The translations under genes were made by a program, and so were the position numbers. This document shows positions 13,436 through 26,653 of a stretch of DNA of 64,000 nt, one piece after another. The notes below the pieces were generated by a model. That model searched no databases, was not told the origin of the DNA, and saw only the letters and a program-made list of their open reading frames with translations. Each line of letters starts with the position of its first letter. Within the stretch, counting starts at the first letter, position 1. The stretch lies in the NCBI GenBank assembly GCA_965113315.1, contig OZ220363.1; one strand, written 5' to 3'. This DNA is from Podarcis vaucheri (taxonomy: Eukaryota).

Positions 13436-13778
13436 GGTCTTGGATGGAAGAGAGGTTGTGGTCTCTGCCTGCCCCTCCAGATATAGGGCTTCCTGTTAAA
13501 GGGATGGGGGGGTTTGCTTCTGTCCATATGGGGCCTCAGCACTCATCAATGCTGCAGTCCCCATGGGGGTCCCCCTATTTGATATAAGTCATAGGAATCC
13601 CCTGCTGCTGGATTGACCCTTGGCATCACTTCCAGCAGGTGACCCAGAAGTAAATGGTTGCCCAATGCTAATGCCAAACCACTTACATCTGTAGTCAATA
13701 AAGTTGTTGTCTGATTTGATCCCATTTAAGCTGTGTTGTGTCCTTTTATTACTATCCATTCAGGCCTGGGCATGCAAC
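13436..13778 (+). mobile_element. LTR-like insertion flanked by a 26-bp direct repeat
   Basis: Flanks AAAA(C/T)GCATTTG(C/T)AAGCCATACAGTT at 13410-13435 and 13779-13804. Internal GATATAAG and AATAAA; ends in ...GCAAC(A). Confidence 0.4.
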
Positions 13779-14047
13779 AAAATGCATTTGTAAGCCATAC
13801 AGTTAATCAACAGCAAAGTCTACTTAACCAGTTAATCAATTACAGTGCATGCCTAACTATGAAAGAAAGTCCTCAGAAGAAAACCCTCTTGAATTCAGTG
13901 GGCTTGTTCCCAGGTAAGTAAGGTTAGCATTGCTGCCTTACACATTTAGGTTATTTTATCCATGCCAATGATTAGTCTGTTTCACATTTACTCCAGGACG
14001 GTTTGTAGTTAGCCTATTATGTTCTTGTAGGTAGTTAGAGCTCTTTG

Positions 14048-14176
14048 TGGATAGCTCAGTTGGTTAGAGCATGGTGCTGATCATGCCAAGGTTGCAGGTT
14101 TGATCCCTGTATGGGGCAGCTGCATATTCCTGCATTGCAGAGGCTTGGACTAGATGATCCTCAGGGTCCCTTCCAA
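14048..14176 (+). mobile_element. tRNA-derived SINE with CR1-like tail
   Basis: A box (TAGCTCAGTTGG) and degenerate B box (GGTTTGATCCC), then the CR1 3'-like TTGGACTAGATGATCCTCAGGGTCCCTTCCAA. Confidence 0.8.
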
Positions 14177-15853
14177 AAAAATCTTTGGGGATTAAAAGCA
14201 ACAACAACATGGGGTCCACAACGTATATTCATTTGGTTTACCAGAGAATTCATTATTTATCCTGCCCATACACCAGGATTCAGATTTCCCCACTTCTTCC
14301 CATCAATTCTCATTTTCACTAACATGGTATTAAGATTCATTTTCAGCCATCTGAATCCCTAAGTATTTAAGCTGCTTAGTCTGCCATTTAAAAGGGCCAA
14401 TTTCCCCTGATACTCAAACATGCTTTGCTATCCATTGGTATCCAAATGATTCAGATTTGTCCCACTTTATTCTGTAGCCTCAAATGAGGGGGAAATCACC
14501 AATACTTTCAAAAACCTTTGGCAAACTTATTATGGGTTTGGTAAATATTCAATAGGCAGACTGAAGCAGATGACTTAGGTGGTGGGCATGGAAGCTGGCA
14601 AATTAGCATCCCTCCCCCAGTCTTGCTGCTTGCTTGTTAAGTGTAATTGTTTAATTGTACATTGAAATGGTGTGTCACCCTAAAGGCAATGTTCCCTAAA
14701 GGGAACATTGGGGAATTTCCATTGAAGCTAAAAGAACTCTCTGAGTACATGATGGGTTGATGATTAACTGTTAATGTATCTCTGCTCTGCTCTCTCTTGA
14801 CTGGTATTTAACCTTAGATCACATGAGTAAGGTATTCAGTTGCAAATTGCCATTTAGATGTAGTCTTTTGTTCTCAAGTCACTAAAGAAAGAAGGTGTGC
14901 TAATGTGTCTCCTGCATAGAAAACAGCACTCCATTTGGTTCTTCATTCCTGCCTTCAGCCTAGGTGTTCTCCCTCAGGATATGTTTATTGGTTAATCTTA
15001 ATTAAATTAGCCCTAGTCTGACCCAGCCTGTGTACCTGACCCTTTATTCAGCCGCCAGGATGCAACAGAGCACCCAGCTCTTGTATTTTTCCTTCTAGTT
15101 TATCCAACAGTGTTAAAGAAGAACTTCTATATTATTCACTTTCACCATATGTCTTGCTGTTTGGCTTGCAGAGCAGAGTCCAGGATGGTTGCTTGGGTGT
15201 TAATTTGCAACAGATGGTGACTCTGGGTAAAGTAGCAGCAGAGATGGAAAGGGGGAAAACTGATAGCTTACCCTCCTCTCTCAGGTTTGATTAATGAACC
15301 AGAAGAATTTGCAGAGCTTCTAGAAAGGAGACCCCAAGGAGTTATGGTGCATAACTTTTTCTTTTGTGATTTCCCTTTTTCAATTAAGTTTGACATTTTT
15401 GAGAGTGTGCTTGGTTACAGGCCATTAATCTGTGCTTCGAAACCAAAAAGGGAGAAATGCTTCCATGGAATAAAAAGAACAAATGAACATTGAAATGCCA
15501 TGTTGAATATTATACTGTATTGTTTAGGTCACTACATCATGGGTTCATGAACAAGTCAAGTTTAAGCAATTAAAAAGGATTGACACCTCGTACCATGAGG
15601 GAGAGATATCACCAAACTCTCCAAGCTCATTCCCGCAGCATGCTGCATATTTTCAGGAGCTGATAAAATTATGGAAGAGCTAAATCATTACATCAAAGTG
15701 AAATCTTACAAGTAAGAAGACACTCAACCATTTTCAAACTGAGTTTTTTACATTGCAAAAAATGAGATGTCTTATAAATTTCTTAGAGTGTGGGCAGGTA
15801 ATCATTAATGAGGGGCAACAAAAGGCCCCAAGTTCACCCCCCAGCATCTACAG

Positions 15854-15994
15854 CAGGCATAGGCAAACTTGGTCCTCCAGATGTTTTGGAACTACAGTAC
15901 AACTCCCATCATCCCTGACCACTGGTCCTGTTAGCTAGGGATGATGGGAGTTGTAGTCCCAAAACATCTGGAGGGCTGAGTTTTCCTATGCCTG
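15854..15994. mobile_element. hAT-type MITE
   Basis: TIR CAGGCATAGG...CCTATGCCTG with long subterminal inverted repeats; perfect 8-bp TSD ATCTACAG (15846-15853, 15995-16002). Confidence 0.9.
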
Positions 15995-18900
15995 ATCTAC
16001 AGTAAAAAGGATTTCAGGGATCAGGGCTTGAACGGTTCCCTGTCTTAGAGAGCTGATGTCTGTCAGAGAAGCCAAGACAGGACTAAATGGGCCAGTGGTC
16101 TGACTCATTGCATGGTAGTTATGGATGAATATGCTCCCATGTTATATAAACCTCTCAAATGAACAAATCTGAAATGTCTTTTGGAAACTTTACAGACACG
16201 TTTTTGGGCAACGTTTCTAACAAAAGGAAAATCGCCTGAATTTTGTATCTGCTCTTGTGCTTTTACTTTTTAAATAAAATGTGTATTGTATTTCTCATTT
16301 AAATTGGATGTCACCCACAGAGTCTTAAACTGAAGCGTATGCTGTAAACATAGGAACAGTTGAAAGTGTAATGGTAGCTGACCCACCCGGAAGACATAGC
16401 TGCCATGAATCTCGGTAAGTAAAACTCTGCAAGGTTATGAAATAATGCTGTTTCCATGGCAAATCCCCAAAGGAGATATACAACCTGTCTCTACCAACAC
16501 AGCCAAAATGATGTTGCATTCACGATGGCAACGGTGGTGACTTCATCGTATGTGTCTGGTGGCATTCAGTGCTGGGGTACTGAACCTTTGAGGCCGCTAA
16601 TAATGGGAAGCTGCAGCAGCTAAGAGCCCAATGAGAAGCAGAGTTAGAAGAAGAGATGGCAGTGCCTAAGTCAGAGCCAGTGGTGGGAATGTAGGGGCAA
16701 GTACAACCCATTTGCAAGAAGAATTTTTTTTTTTGGGGGGGGGGGAGATCGCCTTTCCCTATCCCAGTTTCAGTAGATGAAAATCAGAAAAATGTATGTG
16801 ACTAAATCACTCTGACATGTCACTAGGAAATGTGATAATCATGTTGGTTATTATAAGGAAGTATTTCAACGTAATAATTATATGTACCAAAGGCTGCAAA
16901 ATGGGCATTATTATAAAACTAAGACTCAAGTCATCTCTAACATAAACCTCCCATGACTGTTTTCTCCCAAAGATACTACTGAACAAGAAAAACTTGTAGT
17001 TCTGAAATAAATGCTGAATTCCTTATACCTCTCCCTTCTTTGGCTTGGTTCTATTTCCATTTTTTAGAAAAAGGTTTCTTACTAATGGCAAGAGGTCTCC
17101 GGCAATCTATATCATAAAAGCAATTGTACCTATGAGACAATCCTGCACAAGGTACAATTGCTATGAATCAAGACAACAGTTTGTAGAATTCATGCAAATT
17201 AAAAGTGTTAGAAAGGATGGTGCATGGTATACAAATCCATCTTCAGTAAAGTAGGTCAGAATCAACAGACACTGTTTAGAGAAGGACAGGGGAATTATAG
17301 GGAGCATCTCTCAGGCATTATCAAATAGATAAATCAATCTCTCAAATTTACACACCTTTTCTCCCCCTCCTTGCCTTCCACCAATAACCATGAAAGTTAT
17401 CATTATTGGTATTTGGGGAGATATGTGTTAAGTCCCAAAATATCATCAATATCATATACAGCAGTGGTAGCTTTTCTTCCCACCCCCACCCCCTTATTCT
17501 TAACAATAATTTGGAGGGGAAAATAAGTCCACATATATCAAAGTTTTCAAATCATATGACAGTGTATGTAGTTTTCAGAGAAATTCCCTGTACTTAATGC
17601 CCAAATATTCTTCATTGTTATTCTAGCTCTGCGTACATCCATCTTCCTTCAGGGCCTTAAGCTTTGGTGTTTATCAAGCAAATCAGCAAATAAGTCAAAG
17701 CACAAGTCTGAGCTGATTCGGCCTTATCAGCAATAGTGGGAAATAGAATTCTGCTATTTTATGGCATACTGTACCATCCAAGCAAAGTCTTTATCCAAAT
17801 CAGATTAAGCATTACGAATGGGTCACATGGATGTAAATGATGAGGGAAGCTAAAAACTAGATGCGGGTGAAGGTTGAGGGAAGAAGCCGAATCTCCAATC
17901 GACCATGCTTCACACACTGCCGGTGGAATTTCGCAGTATCTTGGAAGGATCATGTTGCCGGAAATTTACTAACGGTAATCTACAACCTTTCTAAGCTCCC
18001 TGTGTAATGAAAAGAAACAATGTTTATAAATGTTCGTGCATTCACATGAGGACAAAGATGTTTGTTGCCTGAAAAAAAATAATGAATAGAAGATAAGGAA
18101 ACTCAGTCTAACGTTCCAACATGTGATGAATGGGGCTGGGGAAAAGGGCAATACATATCTGGCAGAAGATGGCCAGACACAAAACTGGCAAATAGGACAG
18201 TTCTAGCATGGAGTCACATTATTTGTTTATTTCACTTCCTTTCATTTATCAGTCGCTTTTTGCAGTAAAAAAGCCCCCTCAAAGCAACCTGACAGTAAAA
18301 TACAGCATACAGCCATTTAAAACCATTTGTGATCGATATTTTTGATACAGAGCTCAAGCAGGGTTATTCTTATTTGTGTTTCAAACAAATAATTTCAACG
18401 GCAATAAATTAATTGTCATTGCAGGGATATATATGAATACATATGCAGAGGCAGAGAGAAGGATGGGCACACCATCCCCCCAAGACTTAATCTAAATTTA
18501 AGTGCTCTATTTTGTCATTATAGAAAGACAATCAGTGTATCTAAGATTCTCAAGCCAACCAATGTCAGAATTTGATATGGTGTTAAAAACAGCCCTGAAT
18601 ACTACTAACACACAAGTCTTTATTTTTCACAGCAAAGCGCTCATGCTTATTATTGTATTAAAGGAATTCTACTGGTTAAATCAAGCAGTGAATATAAATA
18701 GCTGTATTACTGCCATTGGACATTAGTGTTTATTTAGTAGATGTGAATCATGCAAGCGCCTTTGATGTGGTTGTGAATAAGCTGTTGCCTTTTTCTGTAT
18801 GAAGAGCTGATTTGCAAAGGATACAAGGCTATATGATACCTTTGACATGGAATTAATAAACTTTGGAATGTCACCAGATATTTCTATCATTCAGAGCCCT

Positions 18901-21900
18901 GCTGACTCCTGGCGTTTCTGGAAAGGTCCACATGGGTCCGTGAATACCTGCTTTCAAAGACAAGTGTGTTGCTACTTGGAAGAAGCTGAAGTTTGAAAAT
19001 ATATACGTAACTTCTTGAAAGGCATTGGATTTTGTTTCAAATAACGGGTGCGAGCCAATGTAGCATTATCATTACTTCTAGTCTCAGAGGGGACAAAGAC
19101 AATCAAGGGCAATACAGATTTATTTGTGATTAATATTAATCTAGGGCATGAAATCGGAGAGTGAAATTTATTTGTGCATAATTGGATATGCAACTGAAAA
19201 TAATGAGAAGCCACAAGCGAGCTTTGATTGACGACAATGGACACATACCATCACTATAGTTGTAATGCAGTCTTATTCCTTTGAAAAGATAGCATGCTAT
19301 ATTTTGAAACAAATAGCACCCCTTTTTAAAATTGTATTTTGTTTTCGTTTTTTTCAAGGTGATGAATTGAGGAAGCAGGGGTGAAGGGCTGGCTCATAAA
19401 TGCATATATGTAGCTTTATTTCTCCTTAATATGTGAACCGATTTCTTTGAAAAGCGCTGGGCTTGAGGTGTGGTGATATGAAAGCCCTGCCTTCAATACC
19501 GGATCAGGAGCAATGGCTCATTCATATATACAAGCCACCACTAGATGCTAGTCAAGTGATGAAAATGCACATGTGGACCATCTCTAGAACATGCCAACAT
19601 GACCAGAACGTCATTTCAGACATTAGCAATTTCATATGGAACACACTGGGATTGAGAGAGAAGAAAAGAACACTCTCTAATTAGTGGTTTGGGCTGAATA
19701 ATATATTCATTAATCCTGCAAAATTATGGTTTCTGGGAGGGCATCCCAAGCATCATAGGAAGCAGTAAGTTGCCTCCCCAAGTGGGAAGAGAGAGCTCCA
19801 ACCTTGGAGCAGGAAATTTGATTCCTTCTTCTGCTTCTGCAGCCTACACCAGAGTTGCAATGGGAAAATGCTGGGGGTGGCTTGGGGGCATGGCAGGCAT
19901 CTCACTGGTCACTGTGAGTACAGGATACTGGCTGGTCCAACAGGCTCTTCTTGTGTTCTTACGTTCTTATTTATTTCACAACGGGAGTAAAACTGAAAAA
20001 TAAAAATAAGAAAACCTACCCTTCCTCACTACTGCTCCATTAACAGGACGTTGAATGAAGTGTTTCAATCCCACACTTAGGACTGAACCATTGAACTTTC
20101 AATACTTTATGCCACATGTTGTTGTTGCTTTTGCAGCTCAACTCAATGGCACTATTTTGCTCTGCACTCCCTCCAAATCTAATTGAAATGGTTTTCTGGC
20201 CTTACCATTGGCTGGATCATGGCCATTAACAAACAGCCCCAATTGAGGCTGTGATCTTTATCTCTAGCCCCTTCTGCTATGGAGACTGAATTCTGATTTC
20301 TCATCCTTAGAAGGTAATGTAACAAAAGGCATGTTGGAAAACGCCCTGGGGTGCCCCTGCAGCCCCCAAACTTCGAGTGTCCTCCGGTATGCACAGCTCT
20401 GGAAAAGGCATTTCCCTTCTTCTCCAGTGCGCTTCAGCGACATATATCAAATGATATATGCACACTAATTTTCTAGCATAACACAGCAAGAAGTGTGAGA
20501 CATCGTAGAGCTAATCTACGTATTTACACACTATGTACAGACAAAGGAATCATGGCATCTTCTCTCTCCAGCTCTGAGAGAAGAACAGGCAGAAGCAAAA
20601 GTACAGTACAATAAGTACATACAGCAGAAGAGATAAGACTGTCTTCCGTTCCCACACTCTTCCCAGACAGGCATGCGATTTACACCAATCTCATCTGCAG
20701 CATCGGAGGCGTAAAATACTAGCAAAATCAAATTCATTCATTTTTTTCAGTGCTTCTTAAAGTGGTTCCCAACTATCAGTTCAGACTGATGAGAAGTTCA
20801 TGTTACTATCACAATGATCAATCATAATAATCAATCATGCATGCCAGGTGCTGTGGATGGTATTGAAGATAGATATCACACTCTTCTCTAAAAGATAGTA
20901 ACAGTAATTTAATGAATTAAAAAGGGTTGAAAAAGCATGATTGGAACCGAATAAGCATTACTCCCTCTGGATCCTGCATTAACAGCAGTGACAAGGGCAG
21001 CAAAAGCTTTGCCCCTAAGGAACCATGTCAGAAGAACTCTATCCTTCAATAAGGGAAGGTCATCAATTTTCCCATCCTAAAACAGCAGAACAGGGAGGTC
21101 CGAGAGTGCAGATATTTTCCCATCTGCTCTTCCCAGTCCAGCAGCTGTTCCTACCCCTGCTGCCTTGAGCTCCTTGGAAGAAAGGTGAGATATAAATGTA
21201 ACAAATAAATAAATGCTCTGAGCAGATGGTGTTGTCAACAGCTGCTCTACTGTACCTTTGGAGATTCCTGTCTGATTATTTTCTTTCCCATGTTCATCAG
21301 CCTATTTTTCAATCAAAAGCCCACATAATTCAGCTCTAATACCTTCATCTGCTGTCTTATCCTTTCCACTTTTTATCAACTCTAAGAGTTATTGGAGATT
21401 TTCTTTATTATTCTTTCTCTATTCCATTCCACCCCATTGCATGTATACATTAATCAAGCATGCAGTATGTATGGGTGTAAATCTATATGTGCAATTCCTG
21501 AGTTTCTTCCATCTCCTTTTTTTCTTTTTTTAAAAGAATCAAGGGTTGCTAAAAACAGGTTCACATTCAGATGTACCACATAACTTAATGGTTTCTTCAC
21601 CACACATTGTACATGGCTTGATTGTGTATAAACAAGGCCTATTGCCCAACTTCTGGAATTTTGCATCGGTGACCAGGTGTTACTTTTAGTCACCCCCTTC
21701 ACTCATAGAAGTTGTGTACTCTGCATGAGCAGGGTTATATGCGAGTTAGGAATAGATGGAGTTTACTGAGAGCAATTTCCGCAATATGAAAGGTACATTC
21801 AGAGATTGCTGAATCTGCTGAAGTTGATATCCCTGTGAACTTTGAGTCACACAATTAGACAACTCCCAGGAATGAAGAAAGCATCTACAAATAACTTGTG

Positions 21901-21955
21901 AGGCAGGGGTTCAAGTCGGCATATGAAGAATTTCCTTTCCCATGGAAGGAGATAC

Positions 21956-22082
21956 CAGTGTTTCTCAAACTTGGGTCCCCAGCTGTTGTTGTCCCATCAC
22001 CCCTAGCTAGCAGGATCAGTGGTCAGGGATGATGAGAATTGTAGTCCAACAACAGCTGGGGACCCAGGTTTAAGAAACGCTA
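21956..22082. mobile_element. hAT-type MITE related to the 15854 element
   Basis: CAGTGTTTCTCAAAC...GTTTAAGAAACGCT imperfect TIRs; internal sequence shared with the 15854 element in reverse orientation. Confidence 0.7.
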
Positions 22083-22279
22083 GTCTAGACCAAGCCAAAA
22101 CCCAAGGGTCTTGCTGATAACATTTTAAACATTTGACCTCCTTCACAGCAATGATAGAATGGTTTGAATCTCCAGAAAATGTGAACATCTGCTATGCAGT
22201 GGTCTAAGAAAGTAAGAGCCCTAAATTAAAGCCATTTATGCTGCTTTTGAAACATAATGCTTTGGCTTGTCAAGAACTC

Positions 22280-22640
22280 AAGGCCACCCAATGAAGCTGA
22301 ATATTGGACGGTTAAGGACCAAAAAAGGAAGCACTTCTTCACACAACAGATAGTGAAATCTACGGAATTTGCTCCTGCAAAATGTAGTCATGATAGCCAC
22401 CATCTTGGATGGCTTTAAAAGAAGATTAAACACATTCATGGAGGAGGCAGCTGTCAATGGCTACGAACCAAGATGGCTATATTTTATCTCCACTGTCAGA
22501 ATACCAGATGCTGGGAATTGGAAGTGCCTGCACTCAAGACTTGGACTTCTCCATGGCATCTGGTTGGCGACTGTGAGAACAGGATGCTGGACTAGATGGG
22601 TCATTGGTCTGATCCAGATGGGCTCTTATTATGTTCCTTC
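22280..22640 (+). mobile_element. CR1-like LINE 3' fragment
   Basis: GGCCACCCAATGAAGCTGAAT...CTTCTTCACACAAC...GATGGCTTTAAAAGAAGATTA...GATGCTGGACTAGATGGG; similar pieces at ~36590-36650 and 37186-37412. Confidence 0.7.
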
Positions 22641-22737
22641 TGAGGGAAAGAAGTGGCTTGGTTTTTCAAATGCTGCATGCGACAAGAAGCAATCATGCCC
22701 TGATGTTTTGAAAGTGCTGATGTTTGGGGTGTTTGAA

Positions 22738-23045
22738 GCAACAACAACAACAACAACAATTTATTATTTGTACCCCGCCCATCTGGTTGGGTTTTCCCAG
22801 CCACTCTGGGCAGCTTCCGTGAACAGGGCTGCCTTCAGATGTCTTCTAAATGTCAGGTAGTTGTTTATCTCTTTGACATCTGATGGGAGGGTGTTCCACA
22901 TGGCGGGCACCACTACCGAGAAGGCCCTCTGCCTGGTTCCCTGTAGCTTTGCTTCTCACAATGAGGGAACGGCCAGAAGGCCCTCAGCACTGGACCTCAG
23001 CGTCTGGGCAGAACAATGGGGGTGGAGACGCTCCTTCAGGTATGT
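22738..23045 (-). mobile_element. L2-like LINE 3' fragment with (CAA)n tail
   Basis: (ACA)n ATTTATTATTTGTACCCCGCCCATCTGG...GAGAAGGCCCTCTGCCTGG; the same tail occurs at ~45771-45930. Confidence 0.7.
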
Positions 23046-24599
23046 ATGTGTTCCCCTGAAAATGCATAATTCCAAGAATTGAGCCCATGTGCCTTTCCCC
23101 CACTCCTGATGTGGGGAAGGAAGAAAGTTTTTAAAAACTGCAGCCCCACCAACTCAAAAAGCCACCAGCATCTGACGCCTTCGCCAAATGCACACCTGAA
23201 AAGTGTTTTAATAACAGCCATGCAAAAAAAAAACCTGGGAGATTTAGTTCTCTGTGAATAAACATGCCCCAGAGAGACACAGAGGAGATATTTACAGTCT
23301 CAATTCTCACAAAGGCACTGAAGGGAAGTTATTATCTCATGATAACCACACCCCTTGCTACCCTTCATTAGTCACATCATATGCTTCCTGAACACAACAC
23401 TTCTTTATATTCCCCTGACATTTTGCACGTCTCATAAATGCACTGCTTACCATTCGCAGGGTGGAGACCAATCAAAATACTGTTCGAGCTTGTATGAACT
23501 GCCCAGAAAAAAAAGTTTTAAATCGAGAATTGTCTGCATGTGGTGCAGGAAGAATAAAAAAACCCTTGGCAATTTTATTCACATAGTTGGGTTGGGAACG
23601 ACTGTTGATACATATGGTCTTAATTACTTCATGTCCATGAAGAGGAATCTGAAATAGCAAATTCTGACTTATGCACTGGGTATTTTTGGAGTGCCTTCGG
23701 TGCTGCATGAAAATGTGTGTATGTAACAATGCCCCAATTGCTTTTTTGAAAAATGGAAAGCAGCCTTGGGAGTGAGAGACTGGAGTTTTGAGCTGAGCAG
23801 GTGCTTCCTTCTCTTGTAAATACACATATGAGGCAAAGCTTTCTGGGCGGTTTTGAGTAGGGAGAGGAAAGATTAAGTACTCCTCCATTCTCTTGCTCAT
23901 CTGCTAAAAATTGTAGCCTCACATAATAGTTTTTCTTTCTTTTCTTAAAAAATAAGAAGAAGTCTATGCAACGTCTCATTTACACTGATGTCTGTCTGTG
24001 CTCTGTATGTAAGTTATGGTTGGGATAAAATGACTTCTTCTTTGTATCTGCTTATAGCCCACTATCTGAAGCAGACAGTTGAATCAGAAAGTTTGTGGAA
24101 CAGTTGGACTCAGGAGTCAACCAGACACTGTGATAACATCTCACAGTCATTTCAGTAACAGAACCAGTTGCCATTGTGGGGCTCTAATCTTACACCCACT
24201 TAACTGGGAGTAAACCTCACTTAAATGCAATAGACATACTTCTGAGTAGATAAGTATAGGATTGTGCTGTAAGAGACATTTCACATTTTGCTTGGGTGTG
24301 GGTGAATGTGCCATTCTGACTCACTTTCCATCACTGGCTTTCCCATAAAATTTAGGACCTAAATTATACTTATATGGACGCCTGCATCTAGACCAGGTCT
24401 GCTGTAATATTGTTTAGCACTAGAAGGTTACAGAGTGTTCTCCACGGATATAGATTTGTGAAGACATTTTGTTCAGGTTGGTTGTCCATCCTTGCATACA
24501 GTTTGATAGCCACATCGAATCATCATTGCAACCTCAATTTCTTGGATTGTCTCCAAATAAGATGAATGGTTACTATATTTGAATGAGATTGCTATTATG

Positions 24600-24985
24600 A
24601 TGATTATGATTATTTTAATATATTATCCACCCTTCACTGTTAGGTCCTAGGAAAAGCTACACAATTTAAAATACAACACTAAAAACAGTTCAAAGCAACT
24701 TACAATCACAAAAATTGTGTGGGTCCTAAAAATGTACATCTCAGAGTAAAGAGGTGCATCTTCAGCTTTTGTAAAAAAACTGTTTAGCCATATGCACCCT
24801 TGTGGGAAGGGAATTCCCTCTCCCAAGCCACTCCTCCATCTTCTGAGGGCATCCAAACTACCAAGGAGGCCTGCTTCATCATTCTTAACACCCAAGGGGG
24901 TCTGTAGGAAAGAAGGCAGTAAACCTTAGTGTGAGCACCTTGAATTTGGCCTAGAAACAAACCGGCAACTAATAGATTTTCACTT
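24600..24985 (-). mobile_element. Degenerate L2-like fragment
   Basis: (ATGATT)n tail, TATCCACCCTTC, GGAAGGGAATTCC and AGCACCTTGAATTTGGCC motifs shared with other L2 copies. Confidence 0.5.
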
Positions 24986-25218
24986 CGATATGCTCACAGG
25001 AACCACTGCAAAAGCTAAGTCTCTGAAATATGGACCTTAGAACTGGTCCTTAACTATTGATGTGTAAGCTAAGTAGGTGGGTAGCAAACACAAACAGTAT
25101 TATTTCACTTGGATTTGGAAGCCTGTATTTTTAAATGGCAGTATCCTTATCTAACAACAGGTTAAAGTATAAGAAGTAGTGGCATGAGGTCCAGTGATTT
25201 ATCCTGTCCCCCTAGTCC

Positions 25219-25355
25219 AGGGGTAGTCAATGTGGTGTCCTTCAGTTGTTGTTACATTCTAGCTCCCATCATCCCTCACCATTGGCCATGCTGGTTGAGG
25301 CTAATGGGAACTGAAATTCAAGAACATCCGAAGAACACCATGTTGACTGTCCTTT
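25219..25355. mobile_element. Old hAT-type MITE
   Basis: CAGGGGTAGTCAATGTGGTG...CACCATGTTGACT inverted ends; CCCATCATCCCT core; a similar element lies at ~30892-31020. Confidence 0.55.
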
Positions 25356-26297
25356 TCCCTAGTCCTAACAACCTTTGGACATAACTAACAGATCGTGACT
25401 CCTTGAGATGGTGTATTTCTTGTTCAGAACAGCATTTGCTTATACATTCCCAGCTCTAACCATTTAGGCAGTCGTGGTGCTCTTTCCCACAAGACAGCTC
25501 TTTTCTGACCGTTCCAATATTTGTGTTCCAGCCTCTTCATATCTTCTGTATTTCCTCATTTTCAAGTACTTTTTCAACACTATCTTGCCCACTATATGTC
25601 TCTGCATCTCTACAGCACTTGCCTTGTCTCTCTGCACTCTGTTTCCTACCTGACAGTTCTTTTGATCTCTTCTCGCCTTGTGCTCTTGTTTACAGATAAA
25701 ACCTGAAGTTAATTTGGGGTTCCGTGCTGAACAGGACAAAGGACTCAGCAAACATTCTGTTCTCTCCCTCTTGCTTCATTTTAGTGATTTTTAAGGTTGG
25801 CATTTAGCCCCTGGCACAGAAAGCATGATGAGGTTACTCACCAACTCCTGAACTAAAGAAGGAAATCTGTAAAGAGAGGGCAGTGATGATCTCAGTGGGA
25901 AAGAAAATTTCTGAAGGCATGTGTGCAATTCCACAGTGGTGAAATGCTTCACTCAAAACTTTTTTCAGAAGGACGTTTCAAAAAGTCTTTTTCACTTTCC
26001 AGAAACCAGTTCACTAAGATACCTAATTTTTATGTTTTAAACCAGGTCTGTACAACTTCAGATTCATCACATCAAATACCTTCTGTGGCAGTCCCCTGTG
26101 GATTCCTGTTTCTGCAGTCTCAGGAAGGTGGGGGAAGCAGGTGGTTTATTGAATCTCTGTTAGGCTCATACATGGTGTTTGGCTTGTAGTGGGTTTGGTG
26201 GGTCACAGCACTGCATAGGAGGTTGAACTAGATGACCCCCAAGACCCTTCCAACTCTAAAATTCAATTCTTCTTAAGTTATGCACGCCTGCATAGAT

Positions 26298-26653
26298 AAG
26301 GTAAAGGTAAAGGGACCCCTGGCCATTAGGTCCAGTCTTGACCGAGTCTGGGGTTGTGGCACTCATCTCGCTTTATTGGCCGAGGGAGCGGGCATACAGC
26401 TTCCGGGTCATGTGGCCAGCATGACTAAGCCACTTCTGGCAAACCAGAGCAGCACACGGAAACGCTGTTTACCTTCCCGCCAGAGTGGTACCTATTTATC
26501 TACTTGCACTTTGACGTGCTTTCGAACTGCTAGGTTGGCAGGAACAGGGACCGAGCAACGGGAGCTCACCCTGTCGCGGGGATTCGAACCGCCGACCTTC
26601 TGATTGGCAAGTCTTAGGCTCTGTGGTTTAACCCACAGCACCACCTGCGTCCC
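26298..26653 (-). mobile_element. Sauria SINE, full length
   Basis: Aligns end to end with 7910-8260; (AAAGGT)n tail; imperfect TSD TGCAT(G)AGATA. Confidence 0.92.

Noticed and set aside
14048-14125. tRNA gene
   Set aside because: The acceptor stem and B box are degenerate and the sequence runs directly into a CR1-like tail, so it is a SINE head.
22369-22860. 163-aa ORF
   Set aside because: A chance read-through across CR1 and L2 remnants.
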